NCBI GenBank assembly: GCA_950097015.1
Contig: CATNEN010000001.1
Location: forward strand, 17,112,001-17,176,000
DNA: 64,000 nucleotides
Source: Macrostomum hystrix
Lineage: Eukaryota; Animalia; Platyhelminthes
Direction: 5' to 3'
A program made the translations under genes and the position numbers. Under the pieces are notes generated by a model. The model was not told the origin of the DNA, did not search any database, and saw only the letters and a list, made by a program, of their open reading frames with translations. The number at the start of each line of letters is the position of its first letter. The first letter of the stretch is position 1. Of the stretch, positions 48,215 through 59,700 are shown piece after piece.

Positions 48215-51200
48215 AATACAATACAATATATATACAATAAATACAATGGCCACCGGCCACAAGTGGTCAGGAAAGGGGGACATTGTCAAAAAGCACGCTT
48301 AGCTGCGCAGTCTCTGATGAAGGTAGCGCCATTGATCTGATCAGGCGCCCTGGCGTCTTCTGTCAGACAGTCGACGAACCTCCGGGTCCGCGCCTGCCCC
48401 CGCCGGAACGGGCCCTGCTGCGTGTACAGCAAGACCTCCTGCAGCGGCTCCGGGCAGTAGGACTCGGCGCGAATGACGTGGCCCGCCAGCTTCAGGCGGC
48501 GCTGTCGCAGGGTCACGCTGGGAGGGCTCAGCTTGGCCCGGTGGTAGAGAGCCTGGTTGGTGACGTGTTCGGCGTGACGGTACACGCTGAAGGCAGCGCG
48601 CAGCAGGCTGGAGTGCGCCGCGTCCAGCTGGCGCTCCAGCACATCCGTCATGGTCCAGGTCTCGGCGTTGTAGAAGAGCACCGTTTCCACCACCGCCTGG
48701 AACAGTCGGGTTCTCAGCTGGTCTGGCAGGGCGTCGCTTTGGAGCACGATGCGCACTGAGCGGAAAGCCGCCCACGCAAGCCCTCTGCGACGCCGCAGGT
48801 CCTCCTGGACGCTGGGCACGAGACCACCAAGGTACCGGAACTGCTCACATCGGGGGAGCGGTGCTGCCGTTGCGCTGTCCATGCTGGGAAGGCGGATGAC
48901 CGCTGGCAGATCGGCTGGCACAGTCAGGACCTCCGTCTTCTTGGCGTTGATCTTAAGGCCAACCTTCGCAGCGGCAGCAGCTAGGCCGTCGAGGAGGCAT
49001 TGAGCACCAGCAGCAGTGGATGCCAGCAGGGCGAGGTCATCAGCATATCCGAGGACTGCCAGCCGCTTCTCCGGGTGCCGGCTGCTCGTTCGCCTGCATA
49101 GGATGTAGCCGTCCGAGTTGTCCGGTAGTCCTGTCCGCAGCACCCAGTCCAATATGAGGATGAACAGGAAGGGGGCGAGGGTGTCTCCTTGCAGGACTCC
49201 GGATGAGGTGGTGAAGAAGTCGGAAAGGCCGTCAGGTGTGATCACAGCAGCGTGCGTGTCGTGGTAGAGCGCCATCACTGCTGCAATCAGTTTCTCTGGC
49301 ACGTTGTAGGCTCGGAGAACTAGTGGAATCACGCCTCGAGCCACCGAGTCGAAAGCCTTCAGGAAGTCGATGAACAGACAGAAAAGGTCCGACTGGCGAA
49401 TGCGCGATTCCTCGATAATTCTCCGGAGCGCCAGAATTTGCGTGACTGTACCACGTCGTGGCCGGAACCCATTCTGCTCGTACCGCAGGTAAGGGTCCAG
49501 CACTGGCTGCAAGCGCGACAGTAGCAGCTTGCTGTGCAGCTTGGCGGCACAGGACATCAGGGAGATGCCCCGATGTTCTTCAATCTTGTTGGTGCCCGGC
49601 TTCTTGGGGATTCCGACGATATGTGCTCGGGTCCACTCCGGAGGTGCGACGCCAGTATCGAGAACGTTGTTGATCACCCTGGCGATCTCCTGGGCGACCT
49701 CGCGCAGTCTGAGCACCTCGTTGGGAACTTCGTCGGGACCCGTTGCCTTGCCGCCTGGGATCTTCTTGTCGAGCTGACAAACATCGATTGCGGTCACATG
49801 GCCGGTACAGAAATGATGCGGAGGCGGCAGTGGCGTGTCAGGGGGCAGCGCCAGCACATTAGGGAGGGAGCGCAGGTGGTGGCGCATTCACTATGCTAGC
49901 GAAAAAGTCCCGCAGGCTGTTCTTGCGCTCATCCGGCGTGTCCCCAACCAGGTTGAGCGCCGTGCGTTGCTTCCTGCCAGTGAGGGTGTTGATGGCAGTC
50001 CACACGGTGCCGCTTTTCCTGTCCGGGGCGGCGGAGGTGACGGCGCGGATGGCCTCGCTCACGGCAGCCAGCTGCTGCTCTTTGTAGACAATGGCGAGGG
50101 CCTTTTCCGCCTCGTCTGTTGTGTGCCTGCTCCTCCTGAGTCGCTGCACTCGATCTTGGGCCTCTCTGATCGCTGGGTCGCTCATCCACACTGGTTGTGA
50201 GCGCTGCGGTGGACGCACGAGTGGTAGCGTGCTTTCCGCCGCGGTGTGGATTGCGGCGCATATGTCACCATACTGAGCGTTGTGGGTGTCGCCCAGCGCG
50301 GTGGAGAAGGCGCGAGAGAAGCGGTTCCTAGTTGCTGGGTTCCGCAGTGCTCTAAAGAAACGCCTCGGTCTTTTCTTCGGTGGTCGGTACAGGGGGTCAC
50401 GGAGACGCAAGTCACAGAACAGCAACTTATGGTCTGATCCCACGGCCAGTGGTCTGACGGTGTCGCAATTCAATGCTCGGCGGCGTTCGCGAGTGCGCAG
50501 TAGCACGTGGTCTAACTGCGCTAGCCTGCAAGTCGCGTTACGGCCGGTTGCATTTCGCCTTCTCCGTTTACAGCCGGTAAAGGTCGCGAGCCGGCTGGCA
50601 GGTTTGCGGAAGGTGGTATTTGCAGACACCAGATCGTGCTGCTCTGTCAGACTCACCAGCGCATCAGTGTTTGGATTCTCGTGTGAAGTCACATAAGGGG
50701 CGCTAGCGGATCGACGCATCACCGCATTCAGATCGCCAAGCACCACCAGAGTGTCTCGCTGCGCGACGGTTTCCAGTTGAGCCGACAGGAGATCGTAGAA
50801 CCTGCCAGCTTCTTCTGGGTGGGCAGCTGTCGGCGCGTACGCGCAGAAGAGGCGCGCGTTGCGGTTACGTAGGCGAATGTCAACCCGCATCAGTCGGGGG
50901 CTCAGGGGGAGACAGCGCACGCTTTGTCGCAGCCGAGGGTTTACAAGGGCACCGACCCCGCCACGTCCTTTCTTGTCCGCGGAGGTGTAGAACAGGGTCC
51001 AGCCGCCACCAAGGTCTTCCACTTGTGAGTCGGGATCGCTGACGATGGAATGCTCTTGCAACATCAGGATGTCCAAACACAGATCTTGGGCGAGTTGGGC
51101 AACCAATCCTCTTCGCCAGGTTGCCTTCAGAGTGCGGCAGTTGAAGGTTGCCAATCTAAGCGTGCAGTCTGGTACGGCTGGGGCCCGCTGACATTGGGCC

Positions 51201-51518
51201 TCATGGTCTCCGGCGCCACCCGGCAAATCCAAATCCTCAGTGGACGGGTTGGGCTGGCGGCGCATGTTGGATCCGCGCAGCCGGCCTCTGCGATTCCGTT
51301 CACGACGCCTCTCAATCCGACGCCGAACGCTCCGCTTGCCCCGTCTCACTTTGGTGCTGACTTTTGCAGCCGCAGCCGGGGGGCGCGGCTCACCGAGCCG
51401 ACCGAGGAGAGCGCAGTCTGATGCAGGTGCTGCTGCTGCGTCACCAGGAGGCGTCAGCATTATACTTGCACGTCAGTGAAAATATAAGTGGCTCTAAGTG
51501 GCTATAAGTGGCTATAAG
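48215..51518 (-). mobile_element. Full-length non-LTR retrotransposon, RTE-like, single APE-RT ORF with one frameshift
   Basis: 11-bp TSD TGGAGGATTAC at 48204-48214 and 51519-51529; 3' tail (ATTGT)n; APE motifs ATFNCRTL, LQE, GDLNA, LDHVL, SDH; RT motifs GVLQGDTLAPFLF and YADD; C-terminal RRLKLAGHVIR typical of RTE. Confidence 0.93.
48286..51460 (-). pseudogene. LINE ORF (AP endonuclease + reverse transcriptase) broken by a 4-bp CCCT duplication at 49861-49868
   Basis: ORFs 51460..49859 and 49887..48286 join into one frame (...PPPALPNVLALPP...) when one CCCT is removed. Confidence 0.88.
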
Positions 51519-51874
51519 TGGAGGATTACTACAAGTCTAAAAGATATGAACAGTTAATACTGTACTAAGAATTCAAGCACTAGACCAACTCAAGTAGCAC
51601 AGCACTTGAGCAAACGAGCTGCGTTGCGCAACGATTAACTTAACTAACCTGTCGAGCAACAATTAGGACAGTTTACTACATGTATATAGGGGTCAGTTAT
51701 AAATGGCAACTGACTCCATAATGTTCAGTTGCTTGTCAAGTGCCTTGTTGCTTATACTCTCGTATAAAGACAGCGGTTGATTTTATTAAAAAGCAATTCT
51801 CACTTTAAGCAGTTGAATCTGCACTGGCTTTGTAAATTCACAAACTACTCAAAAATTCCCTCCCTGGCACTGCG

Positions 51875-52895
51875 ATCCCATCTGAATCCCAACTGTGTCC
51901 CGTATGCCATCTGAATCCCAACTGTGTCCCGTATGCCATCTGAATCCCAACTGTGTCCCATATGCCATCTGAATCCCAACTGTGTCCCGTATGCCATCTG
52001 AATCCCAACTGTGTCCCGTGTGCCACCTGAATCCCAACTGTGTCCCGTATGCCACCTGAATCCCAACTGTGTCCCGTGTGCCACCTGAATCCCAACTGTG
52101 TCCCTTGTGCCACCTGAATCCCAACTGTGTCCCGTGTGCCACCTGAATCCCAACTGTGTCCCGTATCCCATCTGAATCCCAACTGTGTCCCATATGCTAT
52201 CTGAATCCCAACTGTCTCCCATATGCTATCTGAATCCCAACTGTGTCCCGTATCCCATCTGAATCCCAACTGTGTCCCGAATCCCATCTGAATCCCAACT
52301 GTGTCCCGTATCCCATCTGAATCCCAACTGTGTCCCGTATCCCATCTGAATCCCAACTGTGTCCCATATGCTATCTGAATCCCAACTGTCTCCCATATGC
52401 TATCTGAATCCCAACTGTGTCCCGAATCCCATCTGAATCCCAACTGTGTCCCATATGCTTTCTGTATCCCAACTGGGTCCCGAATCCCATCTGAATCCCA
52501 ACTGTGTCCCATATGCTTTCTGTATCCCAACTGGGTCCCATATGCCATCTGAATCCCAACTGTGTCCCATATGCTTTCTGAATCCCAACTGTGTCCCATA
52601 TGCCATCTGAATCCCAACTGTGTCCCGTATGCCATCTGAATCCCAACTGTGTCCCGTATGCCATCTGAATCCCAACTGCATCCCGAATCCCATCTGAATC
52701 CCAACTGTGTCCCGTATGCCATCTGAATCCCAACTGCATCCCGAATCCCATCTGAATCCCAACTGTGTTCCGTATGCCATCTGAATCCCAACTGTGTCCC
52801 ATATGCCATCTGAATCCCAACTGCGTCCCGAATCCCATCTGAATCCCAACTGTGTTGCGTATGCCATCTGAATCACAAATGTGTCCCGTATGCAT
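51875..52895. repeat. 29-bp minisatellite (CATCTGAATCCCAACTGTGTCCCGTATGC)n, ~35 copies
   Basis: Tandem repeat. Confidence 0.97.
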
Positions 52896-53374
52896 CCCGT
52901 AAGCTTTAGTCGAGCTTAGGTACTGCTACAATAAACAATGAACTAGTGTATAGTCAGATAATATACCAGCGTATGATTATTAGTTAGTAGGCAACAGAAT
53001 CAAAACTTTTTACTAGTTTAGGCTAGTGCTTTTTATATTTAGGTGCGTATATTCAAGCAAACTTATTATGAACGGAACTGAATGTATATAAAAAATGTAC
53101 TAAACAAACTAGGACATTGTGAGAGTAGTGCAAGAAAACGGCAGCAGCCACAGCAACATAAAAAAGGAAAAAATGAATTGACAATATGAGCTGAAATGTA
53201 GTTGCTGCGGGGCTGTTACTAGCAGATCGATGGACGCCAGTAAAATTAATGGCTTTGTGGAAATCAAACGAAGCGACATTGAAAATCACAGAACGTTCGC
53301 TTATTGCTAAAGTAACTTGTGGTAATTAGAAGTTAAGCGAATTACTTCAAAAATGATTAATATCCACAAAATAC

Positions 53375-55543
53375 ACAGAATTGCCTACAATCCCACAGAG
53401 AATCGCCAACAATCCCTGAGAATCGCCCACAATCCCACAGAGAATCGCCCACAATCCCACAGAGAATCGCCAACAATCCCTGAGAATCGCCTACAATCAC
53501 AGAGAATCGTCCACAATCCCACAGAGAATCGCCAACAATCCCTGAGAATCGCCCACAATCCCACAGAGAATCGCCAACAATCCCTGAGAATCGACTACAA
53601 TCCCACAGAGAATCGCCAACAATCCCTGAGAATCGCCTACAATCCCTGAGAATCGCCTACAATCCCTGAGAATCGCCCACAATCCCACAGAGAATCGCCA
53701 ACAATCCCTGAGAATCGCCTACAATCCCACAGAGAATCGCCAACAATCCCTGAGAATCGCCTACAATCCCTGAGAATCGCCTACAATCCCTGAGAATCGC
53801 CTACAATCCCTGAGAATCGCCCACAATCCCTGAGAATCGCCTACAATCCCTGAGAATCGCATACAATCCCTGAGAATCGCCTACAATCCCTGAAAATCGT
53901 CTACAATCTCTGAGAATCGCCTACAATCCCTGAGAATCGCCTACAATCCCTGAGAATCGCCTACAATCCCTGAGAATCGCCTACAATCCCTGAGAATCGC
54001 CTACAATCCCTGAAAATCGTCTACAATCCCTGAGAATCGCCTACAATCCCTGAGAATCGCCCACAATCCCTGAGAATCGCCTACAATCCCTGAGAATCGC
54101 CTACAATCCCTGAAAATCGCCTACAATCCCTGAAAATCGCCTACAATCCCTGAGAATCGCCCACAATCCCAGAGAATCGCCTACAATCCCTGAGAATCGC
54201 CCACAATCCCTGAGAATCGCCTACAATCCCTGAGAATCGCCTACAATCACAGAGAATCGCCCACAATCCCACAGAGAATCGCCAACAATCCCTGAGAATC
54301 GCCTACAATCACAGAGAATCGCCCACAATCCCACAGAGAATCGCCAACAATCCCTGAGAATCGCCCACAATCCCACAGAGAATCGCCAACAATCCCTGAG
54401 AATCGCCTACAATCCCACAGAGAATCGCCAACAATCCCTGAGAATCGCCTACAATCCCTGAGAATCGCCTACAATCCCTGAGAATCGCCTACAATCCCTG
54501 AGAATCGCACACAATCCCTGAGAATCGCCTACAATCCCTGAGAATCGCACACAATCCCTGAGAATCGCCTACAATCCCATGAGAATCGCCTACAATCCCT
54601 GAGAATCGCCCACAATCCCTGAGAATCGCCTACAATCCCTGAGAATCGCCTACAATCCCTGAGAATCGCCAACAATCCCTGAGAATCGTCTACAATCCCT
54701 GAGAATCGCCTACAATCCCTGAGAATCGCCTACAATCCCTGAGAATCGCCTACAATCCCTGAGAATCGCCTACAATCCCTGAAAATCGTCTACAATCCCT
54801 GAGAATCGCCTACAATCCCTGAGAATCGCCCACAATCCCTGAGAATCGCCTACAATCCCTGAGAATCGCCTACAATCCCTGAAAATCGCCTACAATCCCT
54901 GAGAATCGTCTACAATCCCTGAGAATCGCCCACAATCCCAGAGAATCGCCTACAATCCCTGAGAATCGCCCACAATCCCTGAGAATCGCCTACAATCCCT
55001 GAGAATCGCCTACAATCACAGAGAATCGCCCACAATCCCACAGAGAATCGCCAACAATCCCTGAGAATCGCCTACAATCACAGAGAATCGCCCACAATCC
55101 CACAGAGAATCGCCAACAATCCCTGAGAATCGCCCACAATCCCACAGAGAATCGCCAACAATCCCTGAGAATCGCCTACAATCCCACAGAGAATCGCCAA
55201 CAATCCCTGAGAATCGCCTACAATCCCTGAGAATCGCCTACAATCCCTGAGAATCGCCTACAATCCCTGAGAATCGCACACAATCCCTGAGAATCGCCTA
55301 CAATCCCTGAGAATCGCACACAATCCCTGAGAATCGCCTACAATCCCATGAGAATCGCCTACAATCCCTGAGAATCGCCCACAATCCCTGAGAATCGCCT
55401 ACAATCCCTGAGAATCGCCTACAATCCCTGAGAATCGCCAACAATCCCTGAGAATCGTCTACAATCCCTGAGAATCGCCTACAATCCCTGAGAATCGCCT
55501 ACAATCCCTGAGAATCGCCTACAATCCTACAGAGAATCGCCCA
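53375..55543. repeat. 20/22-bp minisatellite (CTACAATCCCTGAGAATCGC)n with a 769-bp higher-order duplication
   Basis: Tandem repeat; variant markers recur 769 bp apart (54171/54940 and 54579/55348). Confidence 0.97.
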
Positions 55544-55906
55544 TACCAAACAGTTAGTTTAATAATAATCAAGAAGATATTTCGCGGAAAGACTTGAAAC
55601 TGTTGATAGTTAATTAAGAAGTGCCAAGCTCAAAAAACAATTATAAACAATTAAATAGCTCTTGTCGCTGCTGAATGATCAGCAAAGTTATTAATGCATA
55701 AGAGAAAAAATCTTATCTAGAGGGCTTTGAGTAAACAAAAATAGTAAAAAATTTGTAAAAAAATTATTAGAATTGGTGTCTAAAATCAAGCTTAAAACCA
55801 GATCTAGTTGGTAATAATGCGAGCGAAAAAATGATTTAACCGAATGCACTGAATAACAATGGCAGCAGGCACTCGTCTAAATAAAGAAAACCCACTTCAC
55901 TAAAAA

Positions 55907-56521
55907 AATCAGGGGTGGTTGGCCAGTTGCCTGAAGAATCAGGGGTGGTTGGCAAGTTGCCTGAAGAATCAGGGGTGGTTGGCCAGTTGCCTGAAGAATC
56001 AGGGGTGGTTAGCCAGTTGCCTGAAGAATCAGGGGTGGTTGGCAAGTTGCCTGAAGAATCAGGGGTGGTTGGCCAGTTGCCTGAAGAATCGGGGTTGGTT
56101 GGCCAGTTGCCTGAAGAATCAGGGGTGGTTGGCCAGTTGCCTGAAGAATCAGGGGTGGTTGGCCAGTTGCCTGAAGAATCAGGGGTGGTTGGCCAGTTGC
56201 CTGAAGAATCGGGGTTGGTTGGCCAGTTGCCTGAAGAATCAGGGGTGGTTGGCCAGTTGCCTGAAGAATCAGGGGTGGTTGGCAAGTTGCCTGAAGAATC
56301 GGGGGTGATTGGCCAGTTGCCTGAAGAATTGGGGTTGGTTGGCCAGTTGCCTGAAGAATCAGGGGTGGTTGGCCAGTTGCCTGAAGAATCGGGGGTGGTT
56401 AGCCAGTTGCCTGAAGAATCAGGGGTGGTTGGCCAGTTGCCTGAAGAATCGGGGGTGGTTAGCCAGTTGCCTGAAGAATCAGGGGTGGTTGGCCAGTTGC
56501 CTGAAGAATCAGGGGTGGTTT
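55907..56521. repeat. 30-bp minisatellite (GGCCAGTTGCCTGAAGAATCAGGGGTGGTT)n, ~20 copies
   Basis: Tandem repeat just downstream of the AMPD stop codon. Confidence 0.97.
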
Positions 56522-56747
56522 GCATTGTGGTTGACGTCATTGAAAAATTATATCAGTTAATCATTCAGTTAAAGCTGCATCAATGAAAATAATTATCAAT
56601 AGTGCTAAAAATTTTAAATGAAAAATGAATAGAGCGGAAATACGCCTCACAAAGGGTGATATTAGTCACTCCTAGGATACAATGAGAATTTGTCAGCTGT
56701 GAGTAAACTGCTTCTGGCTGGCACACTAATCTCGATCAACTCCCGAT

Positions 56748-59700
56748 TCAGCCTTCGTCCTCGTAGAGTACGCTCATTGATTTGGCCTTTGTCTGATATT
56801 GCTGCTGCTGCTGCGGCAAATGGCCCACTGGAATTAAATAATTGCAGAAACGTACACTTGGCCATTGTTCGGTTGCACAATTGATTTGATAACTTTCCTC
56901 TCTCCACTCCTTTGATCCCAACTCTCTCCTCTCCTTTGATCCCAACTCTCTCCTCTCCTTTGATCCCAACTCTCTCCTCTCCTTTGATCCCAACTCTCTC
57001 CTCTCCTTTGATCCCAACTCTCTCCTCTCCTTTGATCCCAACTCTCTCCTCTCCTTTGATCCCATCTCTCTCCACTCCTTTGATCCCAACTCTCTCCACT
57101 CCTTTGATCCCAACTCTCTCCTCTCCTTTGATCCCATCTCTCTCCACTCCTTTGATCCCAACTCTCTCCTCTCCTTTGATCCCAACTCTCTCCTCTCCTT
57201 TGATCCCAACTCTCTCCTCTCCTTTGATCCCAACTCTCTCCTCTCCTTTGATCCCAACTCTCTCCTCTCCTTTGATCCCAACTCTCTCCGCTCCCATCTC
57301 TGGGTCTTATTCCATCCTTGAGTCCTATATCCAACTACTTCCTCTAAAAGAGGCCTCGTCTCACCCGACAGTCCGCTGTGGCCGCTGTGAGTTCTGGATC
57401 GGCCAGCCGTAGCGCTGGTCACTAGCGCCAGTTCGTGCAGCAGATTTTCAAATCGAAAAGCGGTTCGCACGTTTGGCAAATTCGTGTGCCGAATATCGTT
57501 GCCAAGGACGCCCTCCTGATTATAGGCCGGGCCCAGCCAGCGCTGCTTGACATCGTGAGGAAAGCCGGACATGAGCACAGAGTTGCGGGCCAGTTCGCAC
57601 ATATCCGTATTGCTGAGCTTCCAAACCTGAGCAGCTATTGAGTACTCCTCCATTAGCGGCTCTTTGGTGAAGTGGAACATCAGCGGATCGTCCGTGCTGA
57701 GGGTGACGCACAGGCCTTTGGCTAGGAAATCAGGAAGCGGACTGCGGCTGTACGGCAGGAACAGGCTGTTGTTGGATAGTGGCGACATTGCCATGGGCAC
57801 CTGTGCCAGGTAGTACAGGTATTGCAGCACAGGAGCCTAGAAAAATCCCATTAGACTGAGTATTTAGGATACGATTGTGATCGATGATAGGATTAAAATC
57901 CTATTGTATTTCATGCACCCCAATACACGAATTAGCACTGCGACTCAGTACCAACTTGCCAGGCATAAAAAATTTATCAGCGTGTCACCCGAATGTGCTG
58001 GCATCATCTCCGTCTTCGGTGGTCACCAACCTTTATCTAGACGGAGCAGCTGGACCTTCAAGGGCTACAACAGGTGGAACTAGGCCACTATGGACACCCT
58101 GATGCGAATTTCTCCAATTTCACTGATCAAGCCTTAATATTAGGCACAGCTATGGCAAGGAAGGGGAAATGGTAGTCCTACTTTTAAGGATGGCAACCGC
58201 TAGAAGGCATTGTACATCTGATTCCCGGAGTAACCATCCTCATAAAAATTGAGGATCTGAGGATAAAAGTTAAGAATTCCGAAAACTGGAGGATAAATAT
58301 ATGGAAAGACTAGGATCCTAAGAGTTGATAATCTAGTCTAGCGACACTAAAACATCCTTAGTGTCGCAGCAGCAGCAGCAGCAGCAGCTGAAAAGTGCGC
58401 ATCAGTGCACACGGAGAGGGAAGGGAAGTTGCTTTTGACACAAGGGGAGTTTGAAAAGGCGGGATCTAAAAAGAGATAGCGTGCTATGCAGAATTTGGAG
58501 AAGCTTTGGAGAGAGATGAGGATAGATTGGGAAGCAAATACTGCTTTTTTATTTCACGATTGTCTAGCATGGAGGCTGAAAGAGGTTACACGAATCCGTG
58601 ACGGAACACTACTGCTGATTCAGAGATAATGCGACCCTAGATCTAAGCCCAAAAATTGCTCATGCCTGTGGCAGATTCAGTAAAATAGTTACTGCGAATG
58701 AAAGGAAAATGGGATAGCTGCTGGTGATTGGAAAGAGGGGATTCCTTCCCATAGACTGCGGGAGAGGGGATAACTGCAGATGGGCTGTGGGATAGGGGAT
58801 AACTGCAGATGGGCTGTGGGAGAGGGGATAACTGCAGATGGGCTGCGGGAGAGGGGATAACTGCAGATGGGCTGTGGGATAGGGGATAACTGCAGATGGG
58901 CTGTGGGAGAGGGGATAACTGCAGATGGGCTGTAGGAGAGGGGATAACTGCAGATGGGCTGTGGGAGACGGGATAACTGCAGATGGGCTGTGGGATAACT
59001 ACAGATGGATTATTGAATATAAGATACATACATATCTACATAAGGATTGAATATAAGATACATAATATCTACATAAGGATTAAGGACGAGGGATAATATG
59101 TGAAATTCCAGGTGAAGCCAATGAAGACTCCGACCACCTTTCTAAGCAGGAGTCCGTGGCTGATGTTCTCAGCCAGCAGGAAGGCAGTTGCCAGGTGGTG
59201 CACAGGGCCAGCTTCGCCGCAGTGGGGCCTGAGCAGTATTGGCTGAAGGCCGCGCTCCCTGCGCAGGGCGTTCAGTGGTAACAGGTTAGCGTACAGGTAG
59301 TACAGGTAATAGGCGTAGGGCGGATTGCGGTGACTGTCGGTCCAATCGGCTGGCTCCGGTGTGTCGTGATCGAATACAACTGATTCTGATTTCGATTCGT
59401 CATCAACGGAGTCCAGGGCCACTACCTGGTAATGAATTAGGCAGTATACTTTGGATTATCAAGGTTAGCAGACAGGTGGAAATAAGCAGATTGGTAGTTA
59501 ATAATAATAATATTAATAATAATATTAATTGCAGGAGAGCAGCGGGCAATGGCACATCAATTAGTGACACTAGACCAGCAGCCAGCGAGGAGACAATTCT
59601 GCTCAATTCGCTGACTCCTGAGCACAAACTTACTCGGATATTGTACACACACGTACAGTATCACAATACTGTGATTTGAAGCTAGAAGGGATTTGAAGAG

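Noticed and set aside
48215-48285. This LINE as the mobilising partner of the two SINEs
   Set aside because: 3' ends and tails differ: (ATTGT)n versus (TAA)n/(TTA)n.
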